From Lama glama (taxonomy: Eukaryota): a DNA stretch of 64,000 nucleotides. Of this stretch, positions 13,083-27,330 are shown one piece after another. Position numbers and translations under genes: made by a program. The stretch's first letter is position 1. The number at the start of each line of letters is the position of its first letter. The notes under the pieces were generated by a model. That model had not been told where the DNA came from, did no database searches, and saw only the letters and a program-made list of their open reading frames with translations. The stretch lies in assembly GCA_028534125.1 (NCBI GenBank), contig CM052817.1:8620001-8684000 (forward strand), given 5' to 3'.

Positions 13083-14084
13083 TTCTATTTAATATTGGAA
13101 ACCTTAGGGTATTGAGAAGATCTGGCTGTGGAAGTCTGTGTTCTTTGTACAACTTGTTACTTGAAATGGATCTGAAAAGAATCCAGAGTTCAATAAGGCC
13201 TGCTCTTTGCAATTAAGATGTCTATATTCTACTAGAGGAAACACCATATTTGAATATATAACAGTAATATAAAGTATCAATGAATGTAAGAAATGTTCCA
13301 AAAGCTGCATGGACCCAATGGCAGGTGCCCACCCCAGACTCCTGAGAAGCTCTAAATCTGGGGACCATGATAGGAAAACCATCCAAGCAAGAAAAGATAG
13401 AAGACTAATCAGAAATAAAGGCTGAGAACCACAATTTGGAATAGCTGTGGAAGCCAAGAGGGGACATTTAGGGACATGGCCCTACTGATGGGGCACATAC
13501 TCCACAGAGAGTGGAGGGAGGATGCAGAACAGCCAGGGGTCTGAGGGAGAGATAGCCCTTCTTGACTGGAACTAAAGCACTTCGGCTGAGGAGGCAGCAG
13601 GCGGATGGCAGCAAGGGAGTGAGAAGTGATGGAAGATGAGGAAGTGGAGGCAGAAGAGGAAACCACTTTGGGAAAGCTTATTTTGGAAAAGAGTGAAAGC
13701 TATGGCCTGAGGGTAAAGCAGAAGAGGGAAATTTAAGCTAGTGTATTCACAGAATGGTTCCAGAACCAGACAGTCTGGGTTTATAACAACAAAGGTGTAA
13801 AAAGCAATGTTGCTTAGGTAACTAAAGGGCTCTTTTTGTTTTGTTTGTTTTTTGTTTTTTTTTTCTTTTTATTTATTTTTGAACGACTTTGAAAATTATG
13901 CACCACACAAAGGTGAACAGGAGGTAACTGGCCAGAACTCTTCATAGAAAGGAAGACAGTCGCAGGGATGGATCTCTCTTTCTTGCTGGCACTTCCCTGA
14001 GAAATCACGGAAGGAAGATGCTTTTCTCTTAAAGCCTCTAAGAGCCAGGTACCCCTTTAAAGCAGTGACTTTCTCAGGACCGCA

Positions 14085-14302
14085 GCTGATGCTGTGCCAG
14101 AAACTGCCTCTCTGAAACAAAACAAAACACTCAGATTTGTAGCATTTGCTGATTTCTGTGGTGTCAGTATCCAGCCCCTGTGCCATGGCTAAAGTTAAGC
14201 TAGCATCGAGAATCTGTTCTCCTAGGGAATGGTTCTTGCTAGCTGGTGTGAGCTGGCTTCCTGCATGGTGAGCCAGTGTGAACTGGTTGCAGCTCACCAG
14301 CG
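14085..14302 (-). mobile_element. MER63-family (hAT-Blackjack) element
   Basis: gatttgtagcatttgctgatttctgtggtgt...ccatggct...gagccagtgtgaactggttgcagctcacca resembles the reverse complement of MER63. Confidence 0.6.
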
Positions 14303-17300
14303 TGGCCTCAGTCTCCATCCGCTAAGTCATGCTCTCTGGAAAGCTGTCTTCCCAGCATGTATGTCTTGACTAAATGTTTGGGCAGAAGTAAAACTTTCAA
14401 GTTAAGGGCTTTTTAAGTTCCCCCTTGTCTCAAGGTAATAGTTTTTATTTTTGTGATTTTCCATCTGTAACTCCACTTGGAATGTACAGGATTGGCTTAC
14501 ACAGAGAGCCAAAGGCTAACTTGAAATTTGTAGGACAAGTGTGGTCCACCAAAGATGTTTAGAACAACTACAAAAAGTAAATTTAAAAAGGGAAAAAAAA
14601 TGACCAAAGTAAATGGTTCATGGGGGTAGAATTTAAATTGGTAGCTTCTTCTGTTTGGTTATTTTGAAAAGACTTTCACTTTATGCATTTGGACAGACAG
14701 AGAAGCAGTTATGTTTTTTTCTGGGTTGGGCTCAAGGAGTAGCTGCGTAATAGAGGACTTCCAGTCCTGAGAGCCATCTGCAATCCTGACAAGGAGAAGT
14801 AGTTTGTATATTCTGAGGTAGAAGAAGGGAGTAGGGAAAGACAGGGCATGTGGCTGGATGCACTGTATCTAGAAATTCTCACCTTTAATTCCACTGAAGT
14901 TACATCATGAGGCTAGGACATTGCATAAACTCCCAACTTAAGGGTAAAGATCATTGGTGCCCTTGTCTTTTGTTTCTTGTTCATTATAGGGAGGCCAAGA
15001 ATAATTCTTCACACATCACTGTCACCAATTTAGGATTCAAATGGCCAGGTGTGCATGATTTGGTTGCCTACTGGAAACATTTTTTGGAGATTTTTAAAAA
15101 ATAATGTATTTTCATGTTACCAAAATATGTAGGAAAAAAACAATGAATGATGGAGAAAAAACAAACAAACAAAACAAACCTATAATCTGAGAGGCACCCA
15201 TGTACTTTAGTCTTTTTCTCTCTGGTCTTTTTTTCTTATTATTTTTTACTATATCTTTTATCCCTAAGGTCTTTTGAACAATGAGGTATGTTTCTAGTTC
15301 ATATCCTCCTTTAGAAAAGAAGTATCAGTAGGTAGATGCTGATGAGAGAAATAAATTTGTTAACCTACCCCTGTCTTGCCTCTTCTGTCCCTGAGTATGT
15401 AAATTAAAGATATGAACAAAGGCTGGTGCAAAAAGTCAGAATATTGAATTCCTTAATTTGAACTCAAGGAAGGTATGTGGGTTGGAGAGCTCTCTGGGGA
15501 ACAAGAGCAGAGCTTTTGTTTGCTTAATAACTGGAGATGTTGAGTTACCTCATTAGGCCCATGCAGGTTTAATGATGCTTTACTGAGGGTGCACTGGAAG
15601 GTCCCTGCAGAGGGCAGAAATTGTTTTCCTTGAAGATTTCTAAGGCATTTGTAACTTCTTCTCTATAATTGCCCCATTTGGTTTTGACTTTCTTTTAATA
15701 GCACAGACCTTTTCCTAAACATTTTTATTTTCCATCTATCATCATTCCTCTCCCACAATTCCCAGCTGATTTTTCTTGCTGCGGAGCCTATAATCACTCA
15801 GCTCTCACTGGGACCTGCACTCATGGAGAGCTGGGGATCGGGGGATTTTCTCCGGCTGACCCCTTGTAGCACCCAGTGGCTAACCATGATGACAATCCCT
15901 GCCAGTTCCAGGACTTGACAATCTACCTGGCTCTTTTATAAGCATTTTCTCAGTCTGTCATCACACACCTGGGATGAATGCAGGAGAGGGTTTTATTGGG
16001 GCAAGTGGTACAAGGGGAAACCCAAGCATTTGGGACAATATTACGTTTGGGGGTAAAGGTACATCAGCACTTGTCTTAAAACTTTCTTAACTTTGTGCTT
16101 TGCCTTTATCTACTCTTTCATTTATCAGAAAGGATCCATTGCCTAGTTAGACAATACTCTTTTCCCATAGATGGTTTTAAGGTTGGCTTTTGTAGCTGTG
16201 TGTTTAGCAGGGAAAAGCTGGAATTATTTCTTATGTGTCATCTGTGTAATCTTGGTGCTCCCTTACCTTCTGACACTAGATTTATACTCCACATACCATC
16301 CCCATTGCCATGATGATCTAAAGTGGCCTAATCCAGAAAGAGGGAGGCTTTCCAGGACTGTACCATCCAAAAGTTCAGACAAAAAGGTGAGATCATCAGA
16401 TCAGTCCTTTGGGAACAAATGCCTCTGAATTTAAAGTACAAGTCACATTTCTAGACTTACTCTTGTAATCTCCTGGGATAGCAGCAAGCAAATGTGCTGT
16501 TGGGATATCAGAACTGGAATGGGCTGAAACAGAATTGGATCGGCAAAGGTAATTTAGTGGGCAATGAGACTGGTAAATTTTTATAAACAAAGCAAACATC
16601 TTTTTCCTTTGAATTGAGCTGGACATATTGCAACTTCTGCTTCTATGATCCATCCATGCACCAAGATGTCAGCCTTTTCCCTTAATATTCTACAAGACAC
16701 TCCCTGTCTTATCCTTGACAAGTCCAGGGAGCCTTACTGAAAGCTGTGTATGTCAGAAAGGTGGGGAAGAGGTGTTGAGGGCTTCTGGTAATTGCTATGA
16801 TGTTATTATCCCACTTCAAATGAGCCTGAGGGCAGTTTTCCTGCAGTTCATAATTGGTCAAGAGTGAAAACTGGAATTCAAATCCAATTCTGCTGTGAGG
16901 CCTTCTAACTCTGAATCCAATTTTCTGACCTTTCTACCCTTGTTGCCACTTACATGTAGAGTGTTCACTAAAGGTTTGTTGAACTGGGTTAAATAGAACT
17001 GCAGGGCAAAGGGAGTTTTAGATCTGCCTTTCCAATAAAGGACAATTTCCTCTGGACCAGATTCTCAGCTTTCTGTTCTGCCTCTGAGTTCATTTGATAA
17101 GAGACTTGATTTGGGCTTGTTTTAGCAGATAAGTTCAGTTAATATTTACTTCAGGAAAGTGGGATTAGTGAAGATAGGTGGAGAATGAATTATACATTCT
17201 CTGAGCAACTGAAGGTCATTAGGAAAACATGCAGCTGTCAGAGATTTCTAAGTGAGACCTGCACAGAGAGGATTGGGGGCAGTTTCCAAATGTTCTGGTT

Positions 17301-18309
17301 TCTATTTATCAGAGTCATTTTGGAAGTGGTGAACTGGGACGATTAGGCTGTTAATTCAAATAAAAGGGAACTTTTAATACAGAAAGTGACACATGCTCAT
17401 GTAAATACGGAGAAGGCAGCCACAGAAGGCTGGTGGACAGGGCAGGCAGCCGGAGTGGGAGAATCACAGGAGCTGAGTATTTTGCTGAGTCAGTATATTA
17501 ATAACCCAGGAAAAGGGACATGAGTTAGGGAGAATCAACTCAACTAGCAAAACAGACCCTAGCAAGGGCAATAATTCTAATGCAGAGTCCAAACAGTGTG
17601 TGCAATTCAGGTAGCTTTTTGATAATGTTAGCACTGGACATTTGTCTCCAGAGGAAAAGAACACCTCCTGTAGGATGAAACTGGAGTCAAAACTGGGCAA
17701 TACCAATAGCTACTAGGTCATCCTTCATCCTCCTGTCCCATAGTCCAGGCACTGAGCTAAGTACTTTGCATGGATTAGCACATTAAATCCCCCAAATAGC
17801 CTTAAATGCCAGGGACAGTCATACAAAATTTGCAGATCAGGATAAACTGAAAGTTTAATTTTTTGCCCCAATTCATACGCCCAAAGTGGAGGATTATAAT
17901 GCAAACTCAGATTCAGTTGATGTTGAATTGTTATTGTGTATCATGTATCAGAGTACCTAAAAGTGCATGGCATGCTTCTTTGGAAAGGAAAACCTGAGGG
18001 CTAGGATGAGTGTTGTTTCAAGAGTCCTACAGAGAGATGGACTCGAAGCATTACAACTTGAGGCTGGGAGGTTATGGGTTTCCGGAGTTCATTTCTATCA
18101 TAGGACAAACTCAGCCATTTGGAGAGGAACTATCCAGACCTCATCAGCTGATGGGGTGGAGGTTAAGGATCATCTTCTTTCTCTGTTTAGAATTGACTGG
18201 CTCAGGAAAAGGGTAAACATGTTCAGGTGGGTAGAGTGGATGCTGCTCCAGTGACAGAGAGCTGGTGAAAACAAAGGCTGAAGGAAAAAGATGATCTGGG
18301 TGTCACTCA

Positions 18310-18615
18310 CTATTCATTCAACAAATATTTGCTGAGTGTCTGCCATTTGCCAGGTAGTGTCCAGGTGTCAGGACACAGTACATGATGCAGGGAAGAAAAC
18401 CATAGTTAAAAGGAGCAGAAGCTTTGGTGGTAGGCAAATCCCAGCATTGTCACTGACTAGCTGAGTGACCTTGAGCATGATACTCAACCTTCTGAGTCTC
18501 TGCCTCTTCTTCAACATGGACATAAAGGAGCCCATCTCTGAGAGTTACTGTGAGAAGTAACTAAGATGATGCATGTGAAATGCATGGGTCATGGTGGACA
18601 CACACTAAATAGTAA
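18310..18615. mobile_element. L2 3' end (minus) followed by MIR (plus)
   Basis: attcattcaacaaatatttgctgagtg (L2 tail), then ctagctgagtgaccttgagcatgatactcaaccttctgagtctc (MIR core). Confidence 0.65.
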
Positions 18616-18862
18616 TGATACTTCTACTCATAACTGAGAACTTAACTCTACTGAGAAAATACATGTCTGGTTTTTTTTTTCATAATGTAATAAGATGTCA
18701 TCTTCCTTGTGCCACTTTCTAAGAGTTCTATAGAATCTAAATGTTTCATCTTGTTTCCTGGAGGACACTAACATATCAATGGATTTCTTGGGTCTTAAAT
18801 TCTACATTTCTGGGCCCTACTCATCCTCTACCTCCCTTTTTCCTTCTACATAGCTTGGCTGA

Positions 18863-19366
18863 TATGATGGTCAAATTTATGTGTCAACTTGACTGAGCCA
18901 CACGGTGCCTGGACATTTGATCAAACCTTATTCTGGTTGTGTCTGTGAGAATGCTTCTGGATGACATTAATATTTGAATAAGTAGTCTGAGTAAAGCAGG
19001 TTGTGCTCCCTAATGTGGCTGAAGCTCATTCAATCAGTTGAAAGCCTGAGTAGAATAAAAAGGCTGGCTTCTCCCAGAGTAAGAGGGCACACCTTCCGCC
19101 TGACTGCCTTGAGTTGGAACGTCAGCTTTTTCCTTCCTTTGGACTCGAACTAAAACATGGGTTCTTCTTGTTTCCTGAACCTGCTGGTTTTGTACTGGAA
19201 CTACACCACTGGCTCTCCTGGTTCTTAGGCTTTCAGACTGGGACTGAAAAAGTGCCTCTCATGGGCCACCAGTGTTCAGCTTGCTGGCTACAGATCTTGG
19301 GACTTCTCCGCGTCCTTAATGGCATGAGACAATTTTTTATTTTAGATGGATAGATAGATAGATAGA

Positions 19367-19429
<63 letters not shown>

Positions 19430-19467
19430 CATCTCTCCTACTGGTTTCTCTGGAGAATCCTAACACA
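18863..19467 (+). mobile_element. MLT2 (MLT2D-like, ERV-L) solo LTR
   Basis: Starts tatgatggtcaaatttatgtgtcaacttgactg and ends ggtttctctggagaatcctaacaca. Near-perfect 5-bp TSD gctga / gttga. Confidence 0.88.
19344..19434. repeat. (GATA)5-T-(TATC)15 inverted tetranucleotide microsatellite
   Basis: Read directly; it lies inside the MLT2 LTR. Confidence 0.95.
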
Positions 19468-21145
19468 GTTGAGGATGCTGAAGTACAGAAATGGGATCTT
19501 CCTAAGGTCATGCTAGTTCCCAGGGGAGAAAACAGTAATTTCCAGCTATCTTGGCTTCCAGGCCAGGGAACCTCCTGTATATGTCTTCACTTCATGCTTT
19601 CATTCTGCCTCCCAGTAATAAATGCTACTGCAAAATTAAAGAAGAAGGGAATGTAGATCAAAGATCTTCACAAGTTGGATGAAATCTAAATTGGGCAGCC
19701 ATGATGCTACCTAGACTGAGAGAGAAGACGGGCCCTGCCAATGTCCGAGGGGAGGGGACTGGCTTATTTATTCAGCACACGCTCTGTACAGAGCACACTC
19801 ACAGCTCTCATCTTTTAATCTTCACGGAAATCTACCTTTGCCTCCATTTTTAGATGAGGTCATTTCTGAATCCAGCGCTTACATTCTCACCATGATGACA
19901 AACTCAGTCCCCGAAGCCCAGCAGAGGAATGGATGGAATGCCCTGGAGATCGCTTTCCAAAACTCTGAGTAGGAGAGATGCTGAGGGGGCCTGAGGATGT
20001 GTGAGATGGCCAGGTTCAGCTTTTGACTCTGATTCGAGTCTTGCCTCTTTCCCTCTTTATCACCAGCCCCATATGCCTGTGTGGTGCACACGAGTCTGGG
20101 GAGATGCCAGGGCCTGGCAGGCAATGCCTGTTTTACAGCCAAGCACACCTGCTTTCTGCAGCCTGCCAAACCCTTTAGCTACTGGCTCCTGGGCTGGATG
20201 ATTATTTCTCTTCAGATCTCATGCCTACTTCCCTTTCCGTGGAAGAAAGAATCCTGTCTCTCTGCCTCTCTCTCCCCTTCCAACCCCTCTCTTCCTCTCT
20301 CCCGCTCTCCTCTCCTTTCCTCTTTCTTTTTGGTTGGATTTTGTTATTTTACAAAGATTTAAAAAAAATCCTCTTTCAAACTTTTGTGTTGTTGTTGAAA
20401 CTTGTAGACAGGATGCATTCTATGTAAAAACCTTATGCCACTGGACTCCCCCTTTTCATCCTTAGTTTGGTAACCATTTCTCTTTGCTGCTTTTTCTTCC
20501 TGCGGAGTGTTTACCAAGCCCTAAACACTGATGTTTGTTCTGACTGGTGCTCTGTTGTTTTTCATGCAAATAGGATTTCCGCTTCAAACATGGTTTTAAT
20601 TTAATGGATGTTCTGGTTGTTTGTCATGGAAGCAAGATCTTGCCAGTAGAACATTTTCTTAGCCAGCTCCGGTAACTCCTCAAGTTCCCATAGTTACTCT
20701 AGTCATTTAGTCTTGTTATATAAGGCCCAGATATTAGTGAATTAAAACCACTTTGATTATATGCATTAGGTTCATAATCTAATATTTTTACATACACATA
20801 TAAATGCATTTTTATCATAGATTTTTGAAAGGTTAAAAATAGCAATAATTTTTCAATGTTTAGTATATAAATACATATATGTACATATGTTCATACATAG
20901 ATGTATATATGCGCATACTTAATATGTATATATACTTTAATGCTGTGAGTCCGCAATTATTTTATACTTGTATTCATGAAACTAATGAAGTCTTTTATTT
21001 ACCAAAAAAAGCGAGAGAGCTAGATTCTGGTGCCCAGTTTCATATGCAGAGAGAAGCATCAACAGTAGAAGTCTGGAATTGTTAGGATACTGTGTGCTTG
21101 GATGAAAAGGTGTGTGTGCACAAAGTCCATAAACAATGTAATATA

Positions 21146-21366
21146 CAGTTGGCTCTCCATATTTGTGGGCTCTGAATCCACTGTTTCAACCAACAGTAGA
21201 TGTAAAATATTCAGGAAAAAAAATCCAGAGATGATTTAAAGTACATGGGAGGATGTGCGTATATTTATATGCAAATATGTATCACTATACATAAGGGACT
21301 TGAGCATTCACGGATTTTGTATGAGGGTGGGGGGAATAATCCTCTGCAGATACCAAGGGATGACTG
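21146..21366 (-). mobile_element. MER2 (TcMar-Tigger non-autonomous), internally deleted
   Basis: TA|cagttggctctccatat ... gataccaagggatgactg|TA: terminal inverted repeats with TA target duplication. Internal gatgatttaaagtacatgggaggatgtgcgta. Confidence 0.85.
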
Positions 21367-22529
21367 TAGGGGTCAGGGGTGCAGTAGAACTAGAGACATG
21401 CAGAGGATGTCAGGGGTCAGTCCCAGGGGAGCAGAAGAAGAGAGTCTCCCATTAGCTCAGTATAATTTATACTGAGATAAGACCACTTAAAGTTAATCCA
21501 TTAAAATGTGATCACAGATATTGGAAAACATAAAAGCACGTTTGGCTGGGATAATGTATGATAAATAAAACTAGCAACCATGAAAATAAATTCATTTATC
21601 ATATTTAGAAGTGCAAGTTACATGTGCAATTATGATTTAATTCTTAGAATCAACAAAGAAAGCATCAAGTGGATTTCATTGTTTTTGAGGTGGATGAATG
21701 ATTTTTATCAAAAGTATATGAGATCAGGATAAAATATTCTTCACTCCCAACTGCTTTTAATATCATGACCTCAAAGAGAGTACTGTTTATAAAAAGAATG
21801 TTTAGTACTTTACTCAAGTACCAAGAGCCTTTCTTAATCTTTTGGTAATCAAATTATTTTCTCCTGAAATACTTTAGGGTTATCTTTGTAGTTTGTCCTT
21901 TCTTCAATTGTTAATTGATTTATCCTGGCACTTTCTTATCTATCAATGATTTTATAGGAGAAATGGGACCTTCTCCAAGATCACCCATCACTTTCATCAA
22001 TTTAATGAAATCGTTTGCAAATTTTGCAGTTCTTTTGCAATTACTTGGTTTTGTATTCCTCAAGTTGGGACTATCATATCAAAAGAACAGAGTAATTTAT
22101 AACACCTGACAATCCTTGAGAGTCGAACCAAAAAGACATTGATACAATAGATCAGAATGAATATCAACGTTAAAAGGGAGATACATGTGATTAGTGACTC
22201 ATGTTATGCATAGTTATTTCATTCATGAGCATTCTTAAAATTATTTTGACTTTTGCTTTCCTAGAAACTGTGTAACTGTGGGAACAAGGACAGGGAGAAT
22301 TGAATAAAATGTAACACTTTTGGTCAAGAATTCTGTCTTAAGGGCTGCGTTATAGTTTGGAAGCAAGAGGGAAGGAAGTGTTTAACATCCAGAGATACAG
22401 GAAATAGACCAGAAATAGAGAAAGTCAGAAATGGCTTATTCCACAGGCCCTGGATGAGGCCTTTCCAGAACCTGGTTTCTGCTGGGGACTTACGTACAGG
22501 TGATGGACACCTTAGAATTATAATAATGC

Positions 22530-22900
22530 CATAGATTGTGTTCTCTGGGAAAAAGGCTGAAGCAGAGATTAGCAGGCAGGAGGTTATATCAGGGAATGCT
22601 CTTAGGATCCACATCTGTGTCAGGGAAAGGAAAGAAGAAGGATTTGGTGGTGGAGAAGTTGCAACACAGTCTTATCAGAAGACTCAGTGAAACTTCTGAG
22701 GCTGAGATGACTTCAGAATTATTCTGTGTTGAGAATGAGGGATCCAAGACCAGTTTAAACCTTCACATTGAGCAGTCATGTGTACAGACAGTCCCAGGGA
22801 GGTCACGTGTGTTCGGGCAGGAGCCTTTGTTAGCAGAGGCAATTCCTGTAAGATACTGATGGGTGAGGCTGTCTGCCAGGACAGTCCCTGAAGCTTGGGA
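22530..22900 (-). mobile_element. LTR16-family (ERV-L) LTR fragment
   Basis: gagattagcaggcaggaggttatatcagggaatgctcttaggatccacatctgtg ... gaggctgtctgccag. Confidence 0.55.
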
Positions 22901-25819
22901 TGATAACAATAATAATAATAACTCATATTTATTGAAAGCTTACTACATGAATGTGTAGTCACTATTCAAAGTCCCTCACTTAAATTCTTTTTTAAAGAAG
23001 AATTATTCTAACAAACTTATAAGAAAGATGCCATTATCATCCCCACTTGAAAGATGGGCAATTGAAAGATGATGCAATTGAAGTTTAATGCGTAGGTGGA
23101 AGAACAGTAAGCCTACTGTTTACAGTGCAACACTCTGCCCAAACCATCAGCATTTATCAAACAACTCTGTGTAACGCCTCCCTAACCACCAAAGCAAACT
23201 GCATGAGCTATCTTTCTAGAAGTGACGTAATCCTCATCTGGCACATTGCTTTTCTATTCTTTCTTTTCATTTGTTAAGGGTGCCTTACAGAGTATACTTC
23301 TCCTCTCTTATTTCCTATAAGGGACGGATGCATATGAATCCATATTACAGAGGGGAAAATTGAGGTTCACTTATTCATTTATCTCTGACATTGAAAAGTA
23401 GCTAATCAGCATCATTATGTAACAAGAAAGGTGTGAGTTTGGGAGGAATCAATAATAAATAATTTAGACAAAATCACTTCCCTTAGCAAGGTTATAGCCC
23501 AAGTACTCACAGAGATAGACTTTTCCAGTCATAGATGTGACAGCGGGCAAAATCAGGACCGATACTGGGACATGTTGACTCCAGAATCTCTGTGCTTGCC
23601 TCTGAATCTTGGGTCTTTACTACAACTTCCTCTCACCTGGACACAAATGGAGGGGCTGCTCGTGGGAAATTTGCTTTGGGCTCTCCAGTCCCCGTGTTGA
23701 AATCCTACATGGCAAAGTCACCCACTCAGCTGTCCTGACCTAATGCTTGAGTTGTCTTACCTTAACACTTAATGCTTTTCACTGTCAGCCAACAAAATCA
23801 ACAAACACAGAAATAAAGCTAACTGGAAAATAAATGGCCTCATTTACAATCAGCCTAGACAGTTTGAATTTTGGATAGATGATTTCAGTGCAACATCCAC
23901 CCACAGGCAGAAGCGTGATCCGAAAAATCTTTAGTACTTCTTTCCCAATCCATGAGGCTGCCATCTCTCCTTCAGAAGAAAGAGGACTCACTGAAGTGGG
24001 GAAGCTGAAGGACAAATGTAGGTGATACAGATTTTTAGAAAGATCTGAACCAGGTTAGTGTAGAATTTCTCTTGATAGAATGGATTTCCACAGGAATTGA
24101 TCCATTACTGTGCACAGTCATTACCGTAGAAAGTGGATGCCCCAGAATGAGGCCTTTTCTTCTTTCCTGCTTGAGGTTTTCTTGGTTGATGGAAGTCAAG
24201 TGGATTTACAAGTAGTTTCCTTAATCTCTATGAATACATTTCAGTTATGACAATTGTATAAATCTTTCCTCCTCAGCCATCTGAGCTAAAAATATAAAAA
24301 CTATCAATACTTACCTAGCAAATGCAAGAATATAGATATCCTGGGTCAGGAAGATGGGAAATAGCCACTAATTCTAATATATTGTGTAACTGCAGCTCTG
24401 TCATCATTTATGAAAGTTTTGTTTTAATACGTTATTTTTATCCCTTTCACATATATTAAGCAATTAAAAATAATGGTATAAGTTCTACCATTATTGAGGT
24501 CCTACTATGCACCAGGAACTTGCAAAACATTTTATATGCACCACTGTATTTACCCTTCTACATCTGAAATCAGATTCTTTACTCAGAACACTTAGATTTT
24601 AGAGGTAGAACTAGAATTTGAGCACAGGTGTGTATGTGACTAGAGATTGTGATTTTTCCTGATCACATTGGCTGTCCAGAATTGTTGTCCATGTGCACAT
24701 AGTTGTATGTGTCTTCACCGCATAGGTCTTCTTGAGCATAAGGAAGAGCTTTCAGAGGCTGAATGGTAACAACTATTTCTTGAGCTCCTACCATTGCCAA
24801 ACACAGGAGTTGACATTATAAAGGAAAACATAAAACAGACATAGTTCTGGCCTGCAAGCAGCTTATAATTTGTAAGGAAATAGTACATTACCATTTACAA
24901 GCACTATAGCAAAATATAACTTATATTTTTGAATTTTGTCATCCCACTCACCTTGTGAAATAGAGAAGAGCAGGTATTATTTACCTACTCTGGAGTATCA
25001 GTTGCCTCACTTGTGAAATGGATTCCCACTTGATACAGTATCTGATACAGGATTGCAAGTGCTATCATATATGGTACACATTACTTCTGGTTCAACGGAA
25101 TTTCATGTTTACATGTGCAAAAGTTAATAAAATTAAATTAAAATTAAATTTTAAAATATAGATACAGTATTGTGGGAGTGGGAGAAAAGTTAAGGGAGGA
25201 AGAGATGAAGGAACAATATACAATTCTAGTGCAGGTCTTCTTTGTATGAAGTGTTCTATATATTCCAGTTTTGCAGAGAGAAAGAATAGGTAGAGAGAAG
25301 TAAAACATTTTGCTCAAGTTTTTAGGCAGTAAGTGATACAGACAGGAATGAAATTCACTCAAACCTGGGTTCATCGTATCACATCACACAACCAGCCCCA
25401 GGGAACGGCATTCAGAGGAAGAGGAAGTTTTTCTGGGGCTCAGGGAGTATTGCAGTGTCAGCTCTCAGGACAAAGACTAAATTCCTCTTTTCTCTCTAAG
25501 TGCATGTCATCGTTCAGATTGATAGCAGGCAGCAGTGACAATCAAGGGATTAGCTTTACATGATTATGAAAGCTTTTTTATTTTTTTGGTTCTGCTAATA
25601 TCACTGATAATTGGATCAGACTCTGGATAGAACAGACAATAAAGACAAGTATCCTAGCAAAGATGTCTTATATCCTGTTGCTAAATATAAATATTAACAA
25701 AGAAAATACACTTCCTGCCATTTGGGGAAATCAGTGCTTGCCACACAAAAGCTTATTACAAATCAAAGAAGAGTTTATTTACAGGTAAAAAGCGAAGTGT
25801 TCTCAAAAGTGAAGCCTGG

Positions 25820-26245
25820 ATGTGGTGATGGTCTCTAGTTCTGCTTTCTGGGTATTTTTGACTCTCTTCTTTCTGAGCACATGGGAACTTCTGGTGCCTT
25901 TGAAGTTAGGAAGAGCTAAATGAATAGTTTTAGGTCGAGCTATATGAACATTTCTGGCAATGAATTGTGAGTAAAAGTGCTAAGGAACAAGTATTCAATT
26001 ACTAGTATGAGACCCTTCAGTCTCTCGTTCTGATACGTTGACTGGTAATGTTTGAGATGGTGACTGCTTCATCAGGTCAGATTTCTGAGCAGTTTTAATG
26101 AGAAGAGCCCCCACCCACACCCTTCCCCTACTGACCTGCAGTGGATATATAGCATGAGTAAGAAATGCATGTTTCTTATTTTCAATATTGAGATTTTGGA
26201 ATCAGTTGTGCTTATTATCTACCTTAGCCTAGCCCGACTGAAATA
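25820..26245 (+). mobile_element. MLT1I/J-like MaLR LTR
   Basis: ctttgaagttagg...tgaattgtgagtaaaagtg...gacctgcagtggatatatagcatgagtaagaaat...cctagcccgactgaaata. Confidence 0.6.
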
Positions 26246-27269
26246 GGAATAGTCATGGGACACACTCAGTACAAGCGTTGATATTTTTTCCCACAGTCTT
26301 CTTTATTATAAGCCTTTCTTGTGCATCCTTTTAAGAGTGTTTCTTGAAGTCTAAAATAGCAATCCTTGCAGCTGGAGAGTACCTTATTTTCTTTTCCTGA
26401 GATCATCTCTATGCCTGTTTCTAACATAATAGACTCAGAAATAGAGAGACAAGTCTGAAAATGTTATTTGTAGACACATTTTGGATCGTGGATGATGATA
26501 AGATCTGTGTTCCTCCTGTGTGTGGAATGCACACTAGTGATAGGTGTCACTTAACACATGGTAAATTTAAGATTTTTACTTCTGAGAGAATCACGTGGGC
26601 CACCCACATCAGTCAGTGGAATTACTACATAATCCTGAATTTCAAATATTATTGAGGAACTTTGTTTATTCTGGATTTTGCCATCCTAGGAAGTATAATA
26701 AAGCATAACTTACAGACCTTATATTCACATTTTTATATGAAAGTAGGCGACAAAATCGTAGTTTTACATGATTTAAAACCCAATGGCTCAAAATTGAGAA
26801 TAAAATCCATAGAAAACAAAAAATCATCTTCAAGCAGTTCAGCTATAAAAAACACACAAGAAACAAACACACAAGAAAACCTTTCATTCTTACACACCTC
26901 AGAAACAAAAGGAAAAAAACTTTTTTTCAACAACTTATAAATCTACGCAAAAAAACCTCAAAAATATATATCTGTGTATTAAACACTTAGCTGTTGACAA
27001 GCAGAGTTAATAGCCACCAGGAATGGAAAAGCTAAGCAGAGAGCCCTTTTGAGAAATGAAATCCTACAGTAATGACACACAGGAGAAGCAATTTTTAAAA
27101 AAGAAACCTTGGCAAAACTTCAGAATTTGAAAATAACTTTTCTTGGATCTTGGAGAGAAATATTCAAGACTGATAGAAAACTAAAGTATACATATAGGTA
27201 ACCGGCTAAGGTTATCTGTTTCAGACAGATAATTCCTTGGAATGCACACTCACATATATAAATGGCTGT

Positions 27270-27330
27270 TTATACACACGCACACACATACACACTCTCT
27301 CTCTCTCTCTCTTTCTCCTTCTCTCTCTAA
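27270..27330. repeat. Compound (CA)n(CT)n microsatellite
   Basis: tacacacgcacacacatacacactctctctctctctctct. Confidence 0.85.
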
